Below, one piece after another: positions 10,295 through 18,905 of a stretch of DNA of 64,000 bases. Source of the DNA: a bacterium (GTDB lineage Bacteria; Fidelibacterota; Fidelibacteria; Fidelibacterales; Fidelibacteraceae); contig OY781066.1 in NCBI GenBank assembly GCA_963676395.1, forward strand, positions 384,001 through 448,000, in the 5' to 3' direction. Position 1 is the stretch's first letter, and each line of letters starts with the position of its first letter. Both the position numbers and the translations under genes were made by a program. The notes beneath the pieces were generated by a model. That model had not been told where the DNA came from, ran no database searches, and was given only the letters and a program-made list of their open reading frames with translations.

Positions 10295-12427
10295 TCAGTT
10301 TTTTGCATCAAGTCACAACCTAGTGGTGGTGGGCAATATAGTGGGAGTTGTTGTTTTTAGTCAGTTTTTTGCATCAAGTCACAACTACCGTAGGGACACC
10401 CTGTTTTGTTAATGTGTTGTTTTTAGTCAGTTTTTTGCATCAAGTCACAACAGTCAACCTTCTGCTGGTCGTGTCAATATGTTGTTTTTAGTCAGTTTTT
10501 TGCATCAAGTCACAACATGCTTTTGTTTGCTTCGATGGAACTGGAAGTTGTTTTTAGTCAGTTTTTTGCATCAAGTCACAACATAAAAACAGGCACTGTA
10601 AAATTCATAAAAGTTGTTTTTAGTCAGTTTTTTGCATCAAGTCACAACATATTGAATTTAATCGATCGATGATCTCGCGTTGTTTTTAGTCAGTTTTTTG
10701 CATCAAGTCACAACCGATCTCTATCAATCGAAATCAATGCGGAAGTTGTTTTTAGTCAGTTTTTTGCATCAAGTCACAACCCAATACTCTTAATACTAAG
10801 ATAAAAAAAAGTTGTTTTTAGTCAGTTTTTTGCATCAAGTCACAACCTAATGACCTTTATAAGGCATTTTCCGGTAGTTGTTTTTAGTCAGTTTTTTGCA
10901 TCAAGTCACAACACATCGGCCGAGGAGTAGTGCGCATTGGAGTTGTTTTTAGTCAGTTTTTTGCATCAAGTCACAACATATTGCGATAATTCTTTTGACC
11001 TGGCCAAGTTGTTTTTAGTCAGTTTTTTGCATCAAGTCACAACCGTGGCGGTGGTTGCTCTTGCTGTCGTCGCGTTGTTTTTAGTCAGTTTTTTGCATCA
11101 AGTCACAACCTCGATGTTCTTAAATCATTTGTGGAAGTCGTTGTTTTTAGTCAGTTTTTTGCATCAAGTCACAACCATCAGATCGTTAATTGTCATTAGC
11201 TTCATGTTGTTTTTAGTCAGTTTTTTGCATCAAGTCACAACACGAAACCTTGATCAGTTAGAAACAGCTCTGTTGTTTTTAGTCAGTTTTTTGCATCAAG
11301 TCACAACTCAATCTGGTGTTCATCCTTATAGCCATTGGTTGTTTTTAGTCAGTTTTTTGCATCAAGTCACAACAAAGCTTAACGAATTATGTCGGCTACA
11401 TATGTTGTTTTTAGTCAGTTTTTTGCATCAAGTCACAACAGAAAGCTCAACATCCAACATAGAAGAAATGTTGTTTTTAGTCAGTTTTTTGCATCAAGTC
11501 ACAACTAGCAAACGAAATGTCGTAGTTGCTATTAAGTTGTTTTTAGTCAGTTTTTTGCATCAAGTCACAACCGTACCTCGTTTAATACCGTTTATCGTAT
11601 CGTTGTTTTTAGTCAGTTTTTTGCATCAAGTCACAACGAAGAGGGCGAGAATTTAACAACACAGCCAGTTGTTTTTAGTCAGTTTTTTGCATCAAGTCAC
11701 AACCTGTGATCCTGAATGTCAATGGAACAGAAGGTTGTTTTTAGTCAGTTTTTTGCATCAAGTCACAACTAAAATAAAGGAATATAGTTCTTCTATTCGT
11801 TGTTTTTAGTCAGTTTTTTGCATCAAGTCACAACCGGAGTGTTCTTCATCGACTCTGAGAAAAAGTTGTTTTTAGTCAGTTTTTTGCATCAAGTCACAAC
11901 AAATTGCCAGTTATTGCCCTTCCGACATTTGTTGTTTTTAGTCAGTTTTTTGCATCAAGTCACAACATTTCTCAACTTCAAATAGAACTCTGAACTGTTG
12001 TTTTTAGTCAGTTTTTTGCATCAAGTCACAACATAAAATCGTTTTGGATATTTCTTTTTGAGTTGTTTTTAGTCAGTTTTTTGCATCAAGTCACAACCAA
12101 CACAATCTGACCCATCATACTTCAGCGGTTGTTTTTAGTCAGTTTTTTGCATCAAGTCACAACGGGTGACATGTTTCTTGTCAAATTTCACCTGTTGTTT
12201 TTAGTCAGTTTTTTGCATCAAGTCACAACACATCGAATTTAATAAGTCGATGATCTTACGTTGTTTTTAGTCAGTTTTTTGCATCAAGTCACAACATATC
12301 GAGAATCATCAAAAAGAAAGGCCTTGTTGTTTTTAGTCAGTTTTTTGCATCAAGTCACAACCGGAGACAACGCCTGTACTGTCGAGAGTTTGTTGTTTTT
12401 AGTCAGTTTTTTGCATCAAGTCACAAC
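10295..12427 (-). CRISPR. type II-C CRISPR array: 32 identical 36-nt repeats plus 1 truncated trailer repeat, 32 spacers (28 x 30 nt, 4 x 29 nt)
   Basis: Repeat on the minus strand is GTTGTGACTTGATGCAAAAAACTGACTAAAAACAAC; full repeats run from 10350-10385 to 12392-12427, with a degenerate repeat at 10295-10319 marking the trailer. Orientation is supported by the leader promoter and tracrRNA complementarity. Confidence 0.99.
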
Positions 12428-12581
12428 CAAGGTCCATTTTAGCCTTTATTTATAAGGGTTTGGCGTGATTTTCTTGTCATTAAAATCACATATTTCAATG
12501 GAAGCGTATGATACAAAGTCCTTTTTTTCAATCCTAATCATTCTACTAAACTTAATCCTCAATGTCAAAGATCAATTAAAT
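12428..12581 (-). promoter_or_regulatory. CRISPR leader with sigma70-type promoter
   Basis: AT-rich segment between cas2 and the first repeat; minus-strand TTGACA (12563-12568), 17 nt, TAGAAT (12540-12545). Confidence 0.8.
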
Positions 12582-12920
12582 TTAAAACATTTCCAATTGT
12601 GCCTTTGGCGGAGGCAATGCTTTGGTCTTATGTCCCCAAAAATTTACAATATTCCCATATTGTTTATCCGTAATACTCATAATGCTCACCTGACCTTCAG
12701 AGGGTACAGATGTTTTGACCCGTTTTACATGTACATCCATGCTTTCCCGGCTGGCGCAGTGCCGGATATACACCGAATATTGCATCATCGTAAATCCGTC
12801 TTTCAGTAATTTCTTACGGAATTGCGAAGCGGCCTTGCGTTCCGCTTTCGTATTGGTCGGAAGGTCAAAAAAAACAAATAACCACATAATACGATAGGCG
12901 TTGATCCGGTTAAATTCCAT
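12582..12920 (-). CDS. cas2: CRISPR-associated endoribonuclease Cas2 (type II)
   Basis: MWLFVFFDLPT, FRKKLLKDGFTMMQYSVY, ITDKQY. Confidence 0.97.
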   Translation of the reverse strand: MEFNRINAYRIMWLFVFFDLPTNTKAERKAASQFRKKLLKDGFTMMQYSVYIRHCASRESMDVHVKRVKTSVPSEGQVSIMSITDKQYGNIVNFWGHKTKALPPPKAQLEMF

Positions 12921-12923
12921 GGT

Positions 12924-13814
12924 TTACTCAATAAACTCGGGCAATTCCAGTTTTCTTGTTTCACCTTTATAACATTTTGCCAATGATGCGGATGTCGTCT
13001 GCATCGCCAGCATCAATGGCTTGATTTCATCATTCATTTTGCAATCGCAAGATAGCACAGCCAATAATTCCATTTTAATTTCTTTTGTTAGATCATCTTG
13101 CTCAGGAAAGGTGGCATTCATCTCATGCACTACAGCATCCACAAAAGGACGATAGGCTTCCATGATATCATCTGCCAAGCAAAATGCATTATAGCGATTA
13201 CGATGGTGAATACCCAAAGTGTTTAATAGTCCGGATCCGGCCAAAGCTCTCGCTACAGCTGCTCGGATTATAGCATACCCGTAATTCAACATATTATTCG
13301 GAGGCAATCCTTCCCGTAAACGCCGAAAATCATAGCCAAATAAACGAGTCCAATACACCCGTGCCGCATAGCCTTCCCGATTATCACTGTCACCGCTTTT
13401 CACTTGTCTTGACATGGATAAGATATCATCACCATTCGAACCCACATATGCCAAAACAGCCGCCTGATTTCTTAATTTTGCTTCTATGCATTGTTTCCAT
13501 AGATTCTTTTTTAAAGGCTCACTTGCATTGATCTGCTCCCTGAATATTTCGTTCTGTATCGTATTCCCATCCAAATTCAGTAACATAGAACGAGGATGAT
13601 GCAAGGTATCGCAGAAGATTAACGCTGTATTATTTTCTCGTAAAACATTCATTAATGGCATAGATAAAGTGATTCGTTGATTATCTAAAACCAAAAAACC
13701 GATATCCTCAATCGGAGTTGACTGAACAGGCTCATTCTCCTTTTCGATCTGCAATTGCCGGTGTTTTACGGAAAGATAGCAGGGTGATGTAATAATGATG
13801 GTGCGTTTAATCAA
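12924..13814 (-). CDS. cas1: CRISPR-associated endonuclease Cas1 (type II)
   Basis: PIEDIG, SGDSDNREGYAARVYW, NNMLNYGYAIIR, LGIHHRNRYNAFCLADDIME. Confidence 0.97.
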   Translation of the reverse strand: MIKRTIIITSPCYLSVKHRQLQIEKENEPVQSTPIEDIGFLVLDNQRITLSMPLMNVLRENNTALIFCDTLHHPRSMLLNLDGNTIQNEIFREQINASEPLKKNLWKQCIEAKLRNQAAVLAYVGSNGDDILSMSRQVKSGDSDNREGYAARVYWTRLFGYDFRRLREGLPPNNMLNYGYAIIRAAVARALAGSGLLNTLGIHHRNRYNAFCLADDIMEAYRPFVDAVVHEMNATFPEQDDLTKEIKMELLAVLSCDCKMNDEIKPLMLAMQTTSASLAKCYKGETRKLELPEFIE

Positions 13815-16800
13815 ATATTCTTCCTAAAATAGTTTGATTTACTTTCATTGGATTAAAGGTTAACCAACCAGTTGTACCTTTCCCAAAATTTTTTATATAT
13901 ATATAATCATTCTTTGCTTCATTATCCTTCCTTGAATCTAAATGATGTTTAAAACATAATTCCATAAAATAACTACCACCTGCAATTTTTTGAACTTTAT
14001 ACAAATGTTTTGAAAACTGCTCTATAGGGATATTTGCTAAATTAATACTTTCATTTAACCCCAAAAAAAACATATCATTCTTTTTTAAAGTTGTTACAAT
14101 TCGTTTGCCATCACTAGGAAGTTGATATATTGACTCTTTTCGTTTAATTCGTTGCGAAACGTCCCAAAACGATACAACGTTCTCTTTCAACTCATCATTA
14201 ATATCTTTATAAATCATCACATGATGATTAGACCTTGGATTTACATATTGAGTCAAAGTGTTCTTAAGCTTTCTGGCATTCCCAATTTCTTCTCGTATTC
14301 TAACCTTAGTAACAGGAACTTCTTCCCCATTTTTATTTGGAAGTTTTATCATAAATTTCCCGTTTTTATAGAATGCATCTTTGGGAATTGTATATTTATT
14401 ATTTGTATCAATTCCATATTCATTTTGCAAATATGATTCAATTAATTTTCTAATACCCTTATCAACAACTTTATCTACATGTGTTTTTCCAGATAAACTT
14501 GTAATGGATTTTCTTACATGAAAGGCTTCTCGACCATCAGGAGCAGTCCTTTTCCCAAATACAGTCTCTTTATGCAACTGCCCCCTAGCAGCATGTTTAC
14601 CACTATTAAAAGTACGATTATCTTTAAAATATGATACCAATATTGCATCTGCAGATTTTTGAACATCAACTCTAAAATTCTCCCAAGGGGCATCAAATTC
14701 AGGTCTTCCAGATCTTTTACCTTCATATCGCTCACGTATTTGAGCATTATATGTACTCAGCTTTTGCAAAAAGCTTCTTTCTGTACACGCGATTGCCATT
14801 GCATCAATAGCATGATGTCGTTGATCTTCTCTATTTTTCTTTGGATCAAAACGTACTTCACCCTGTTTATCTATCCAAATATTACCTTCGATAAGTTTTT
14901 CATTTTTATTTAATTTAGGTTCTTCACTTTCGACGGGAATAAAATCAATTTCTTCATCTTGTTTTTCAAATACAGCCCAATATTTTCCAAGAGGTAGATC
15001 GGTTCCATATGCTTGATCGGGATTTTCATCGGATATCCATGTACCATTATTATCTGTGCTACCAGACAACATAATTTGATTTGCGTTAATAACAGGTTTA
15101 TCAGCTAATACACGCATCAAAGAAACATCGCTAACATTAAGATCTAGTACAGCCCAAACATCTACTTCTTCATGTTCTGTTGGACAAGAATATTGATAAG
15201 AAGAAAAATACCCATTCTCAATCTTTCCCCAAATAGCTAACTGCCCTTTTTTAGGTTTTGGTTTTTCTTTATCTATAAATGTTACTTTCAACACATCAAA
15301 ACTAGCCCAATATTTCCCATTAAGCTTATCTTTTACATCAATCTTTATCCCGATCTTTTCATAAATAAATTTTTCATTACTAACACTACCTTTTAAAACA
15401 ATCACCCTTGAAGTGGGAACGGGTTTATCATTAAAAAATCGATAGAAAGTCGGAGTATTTTTGACCGATATTTTGCACCAATATTTTCCATTTCTATTTT
15501 CAGTTGCAACTATATCATGACTATTATCTGACTTAAACACTTCTTTATTCACATAACCGGGAAACAAACAATAACCTCTTGTAACCTGTGGTTTTATATT
15601 TTGTTTTTTATGTACCGATACAAATGAACCATCTTCTCTAACAACTGCCCAGTGAGGGATCTTAACATTATCTTTTGCATCAATGATTAAATTTGCATCG
15701 GTGAGATTTTTTGCCGGTTGAAGTACATTGTTTAGTCCCCATAAATGACGCAATTCTGCTGTTAATTTACCGGGTAATATTTGCACATTATCACATATCT
15801 CTTGAAGTAAATTCTTTGCTTCCTTGCTGATATAACGCATATCATTTAACTGTCTCGAAATAAAGCTATCTTGATCAATTGACTTTCTTGATGTAAAACG
15901 CTTCGCTTTATTATAGGGCAGCAATGAAAATGCTCTTATTTGGATATCATCCCAGGATTTAGCACCACCCCATAATGCCGGATCTGAATTACTTTGATAA
16001 AATTCACAAGGCGTTTTTTCACCCTTTTCTCGATTAAAATTTGCTTCACATAAAGTAATATTAGCAAAACTGTCATCTAGAGAAACGCTATATGGAATAA
16101 TGTGCTCTATTTGAAATAGATTTCCGCTACCTAAGACATCATTGATTCTGATAGTTTTACCTGTATATGGACATACCACAGGATTCATATGTTCTTCAAT
16201 TTCTTTGTACAATAAATACTTGCGAATATTCTGTCTTGTATGGGCCAATCCAAATTCAGATAACTTTTCTTTGGCAACGTCATTTTTTCTTTTATTATCA
16301 TTTATTTTATATGACATTTCCTGGCGTAATTTTGAATTATTTTTCAAATCACGGCCCATTTCCACCTTAATTATATCCATTTGCCCATATTCCTTGAGCA
16401 AAGCATTTACCACATGACGGGTTTCAGATAAAGCTCTCTGAACTAATGGATTTCTTAAGTTTGGAACTGTTGATAATTTACGTTTCAATTCTCCTGTGTT
16501 TGCTTTGAGGTCCACTGAAGGATGATATAATTTTTTAAATTTTTTGTCCTTTGCTTCAAAACCAAAATCAATTTCTTTAGTACCTGATAATAAGAATGAT
16601 TTTATTTTTTCTATCAACTCACCCTCAGCATTTTTTTCTTTCATAAAATGTTTTACAGTATTTTCGATGAGTTCATGTTCTTTACTAAACAAATTCCACT
16701 TTTCCTTACCAAAGGCATTTTTTATACCACCAAGAATAACCGCTAAACTCAAAGAATACCCTTTAATTAAGAAAGGATTTATATTACGAATAGCTTTTAA

Positions 16801-18324
16801 AGAAAGTGAACCATAGTCATCTGCTAAATGTATTTTTCTTATATCATCTACTGATTTGCATTTACATGCATAATCTTTTTTAAGCTTGTTATACAATTTG
16901 TCATTATCAGCGTAAAAATGAAAACAATGCCAAATATCAAGATAATTATTTTCCCATACGGCTGCATCAAAAAGTGGTTTTAAATTAGCTATTGTTTTAT
17001 TGCAGGGAACGGAGAACTCATCATCATAATTAAAGCGTTCCGATGTTAGTTTTAGCTTTTTAGGTATATCTTTAAACTTAAAATTTGATTTTTTACTATT
17101 AATTAACTCCAGTACAATCTTTCGCTGTTCTTCATCAAGCTTCTGCCTTGTCCCATATTCAATATTGTTGATAAATTGATATGCACGATATAACTCAAAT
17201 TCCGGATGTGAGAGACAACATGGACTTTTTCCTGTCACAATCTTTTTTTTATCAATAACAACCGTTTGATGTTCATATCTACACTTGTTTAATAAATTCT
17301 TTTGACTCCTCAGAGGACGTTGCCAGAATAATACACTTTCATTTGTGTTTTTATGCACTATAAAATCTTCTTTCATCCAAATATCGCCGGCTAAATATTT
17401 AAATAAGGGAACTTCTGTTTCACTTATGACAACATTACCACGTATTTTGATATTATTCTTGCCATATTTATTTTCCAAAAAGTTAATTTTCTCTATGTTT
17501 CTTTTTGCTGATAACGATCCCCGAAGCATCCGAACTTTTTTTTGAATTACTTTCTGATTATTTAACCCCAAATGACCTGCTTGGCATTCCCAAATATGAT
17601 ATAATTCTTCAATGTACATATCTCTTAGCGTATATCTTGATCTTGCACGAAGAATTTTCCCATCTTCATCTCTATATTCTTTATATGGCTCACCTTTTGC
17701 CGGAATAATTGAATATAAGTATTCACCCAATAACTTATCTTTCATTTTATCCTGAGTTTCCGAAATCCCAACCTTATCATCTTTGCCTTTATATAGAGTA
17801 CCGGTATCGCTATTCTGATCTTTTCTACTGCTAACAAAACCTCTTCTTTGAATAAAATGATAAAGTATCCTACCTAATTCTTGAAGTGTAATTTCTTCTT
17901 TAACAGCTCTATTTCTTAGCTCATATGGATTTAATTTTAACCATTCGTTAAACTCAGGTGTGTTAGGAAATTCTCTTTGGGTGCCTGTTATATCTTTATG
18001 ATATTTTTTCCATCCATCCAAATCATGCATGCTAAGTGGACACATATTCTTTTCGATTAATATTTCAAGCAACTTGATTTTTCTTAATCTTTTCCGATAG
18101 AATTGTCTTCTTTTTTGACGAAATTCACGTCGTTTAGCATTTCTTGATTTTTCATTTTGTCCCTTACCAATTGTATCTGGTTCTAAACCTTCGGGAAAAA
18201 TTCTCACACCCGAATCAATGATAGAAGTATATTTTTCTACCTGTCCCTTAATGTTTATATCAGCCTCCACTATCGCCCAACCGATACTGTTTGTTCCCAG
18301 ATCCAATCCTAAAATGCGCCCCAT
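13807..18324 (-). CDS. cas9: type II-C Cas9, 1505 aa, with a large repeat insertion in RuvC-III
   Basis: RuvC-I ILGLDLGTNSIG, Arg-rich bridge helix, RuvC-II VEMGR, HNH CPYTG..IEHIIP..NREKG, RuvC-III RHHAIDA; RBS AGGAG at 18331-18335; no csn2 or cas4 in the locus. Confidence 0.98.
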   Translation of the reverse strand: MGRILGLDLGTNSIGWAIVEADINIKGQVEKYTSIIDSGVRIFPEGLEPDTIGKGQNEKSRNAKRREFRQKRRQFYRKRLRKIKLLEILIEKNMCPLSMHDLDGWKKYHKDITGTQREFPNTPEFNEWLKLNPYELRNRAVKEEITLQELGRILYHFIQRRGFVSSRKDQNSDTGTLYKGKDDKVGISETQDKMKDKLLGEYLYSIIPAKGEPYKEYRDEDGKILRARSRYTLRDMYIEELYHIWECQAGHLGLNNQKVIQKKVRMLRGSLSAKRNIEKINFLENKYGKNNIKIRGNVVISETEVPLFKYLAGDIWMKEDFIVHKNTNESVLFWQRPLRSQKNLLNKCRYEHQTVVIDKKKIVTGKSPCCLSHPEFELYRAYQFINNIEYGTRQKLDEEQRKIVLELINSKKSNFKFKDIPKKLKLTSERFNYDDEFSVPCNKTIANLKPLFDAAVWENNYLDIWHCFHFYADNDKLYNKLKKDYACKCKSVDDIRKIHLADDYGSLSLKAIRNINPFLIKGYSLSLAVILGGIKNAFGKEKWNLFSKEHELIENTVKHFMKEKNAEGELIEKIKSFLLSGTKEIDFGFEAKDKKFKKLYHPSVDLKANTGELKRKLSTVPNLRNPLVQRALSETRHVVNALLKEYGQMDIIKVEMGRDLKNNSKLRQEMSYKINDNKRKNDVAKEKLSEFGLAHTRQNIRKYLLYKEIEEHMNPVVCPYTGKTIRINDVLGSGNLFQIEHIIPYSVSLDDSFANITLCEANFNREKGEKTPCEFYQSNSDPALWGGAKSWDDIQIRAFSLLPYNKAKRFTSRKSIDQDSFISRQLNDMRYISKEAKNLLQEICDNVQILPGKLTAELRHLWGLNNVLQPAKNLTDANLIIDAKDNVKIPHWAVVREDGSFVSVHKKQNIKPQVTRGYCLFPGYVNKEVFKSDNSHDIVATENRNGKYWCKISVKNTPTFYRFFNDKPVPTSRVIVLKGSVSNEKFIYEKIGIKIDVKDKLNGKYWASFDVLKVTFIDKEKPKPKKGQLAIWGKIENGYFSSYQYSCPTEHEEVDVWAVLDLNVSDVSLMRVLADKPVINANQIMLSGSTDNNGTWISDENPDQAYGTDLPLGKYWAVFEKQDEEIDFIPVESEEPKLNKNEKLIEGNIWIDKQGEVRFDPKKNREDQRHHAIDAMAIACTERSFLQKLSTYNAQIRERYEGKRSGRPEFDAPWENFRVDVQKSADAILVSYFKDNRTFNSGKHAARGQLHKETVFGKRTAPDGREAFHVRKSITSLSGKTHVDKVVDKGIRKLIESYLQNEYGIDTNNKYTIPKDAFYKNGKFMIKLPNKNGEEVPVTKVRIREEIGNARKLKNTLTQYVNPRSNHHVMIYKDINDELKENVVSFWDVSQRIKRKESIYQLPSDGKRIVTTLKKNDMFFLGLNESINLANIPIEQFSKHLYKVQKIAGGSYFMELCFKHHLDSRKDNEAKNDYIYIKNFGKGTTGWLTFNPMKVNQTILGRIFD

Positions 18325-18350
18325 GCTATACTCCTAAAAATGAATGAAAT

Positions 18351-18427
18351 AAAAGAGTCCCCACCGAGGCGGGGACATAGACATCAAAGTCTTCGGCATA
18401 TAGCCTTATTGTGACAAGATGCAATTC
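18351..18427 (-). ncRNA. tracrRNA (~75 nt)
   Basis: Anti-repeat TTGCATCTTGTCACAAT (18408-18424) pairs with the repeat 5' end GTTGTGACTTGATGCAA (two U-U mismatches). It is followed by a nexus-like AAGGCTATATGCC, hairpin AGAC-TTTGAT-GTCT, and terminal hairpin GTCCCCGCCTCGGTGGGGAC plus TCTTTT. Confidence 0.9.
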
Positions 18428-18432
18428 TTTTA

Positions 18433-18461
18433 ATATTATCTGTTTTTAAATAAAATGTCAA
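18433..18461 (-). promoter_or_regulatory. tracrRNA (and possibly cas operon) promoter
   Basis: Minus-strand TTGACA (18456-18461), 17 nt, TAATAT (18433-18438). Confidence 0.8.
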
Positions 18462-18850
18462 CATTTAATTATTCACCCAATTCGCCCCCATTGGTTTAAC
18501 TTCATACTATTAGATAGTTATATTTTTTATTACCAAGAAATTTAGAAGAATATTTCTTTTTATGCAAAAACTATTTAATCTGTTAAGATTTTACCTTACC
18601 CCATTTAAGTAAGGTATATATCCTCCAGGCTAAAACCTGGGATTATTCATCCTCAATAAATAATGCATCATTTGTAATTCACAGTTACTTCTTCTTATTC
18701 TAAACCCTATCAAATGATTTCGCGACTCACCCTTATCTATATCTCTCCACTTTGTTAGCCTCTCCGTCAGTCGACGGATATGTCTTTCTTCGATCAAGAT
18801 GGCATTATTCTTTCACCTTTCAATCCTCAACTCTTCAACTTTTCGACCAC

Positions 18851-18878
18851 AAAACAAAAGGGCTCGACAAGCGAGCCC
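18851..18878 (-). terminator. rpsA intrinsic terminator
   Basis: GGGCTCG-cttgt-CGAGCCC followed by TTTTGTTTT on the minus strand, just after the rpsA stop. Confidence 0.85.
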
Positions 18879-18905
18879 AATTGAATATGTAATACTCCTA
18901 AGAGC

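Noticed and set aside
11176..11205. Spacer whose reverse complement reads MKLMTINDLM, like the start of an excisionase-type gene
   Set aside because: Ten residues are too few to assign a target
10937..11656. 239-aa ORF with repeating LFLVSFLHQVTT (also 11800-11985 and 12261-12455)
   Set aside because: Translation of the CRISPR array: the 66-nt period is a multiple of 3 and the repeat has no stop in this frame. It is antisense to the array's predicted transcription, and about a third of the spacers do carry stops in the same frame
10320..12391. Self-targeting spacers
   Set aside because: No spacer match elsewhere in the window was noticed by eye; this is not exhaustive and needs BLAST
18664..18686. 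Weak repeat-like sequence (minus strand ACTGTGAATTACAAATGATGCA) upstream of the tracr promoter; possible tracr-L or mini-repeat autoregulation
   Set aside because: The match needs a multi-nucleotide insertion, and I found no convincing adjacent guide matching the cas promoter
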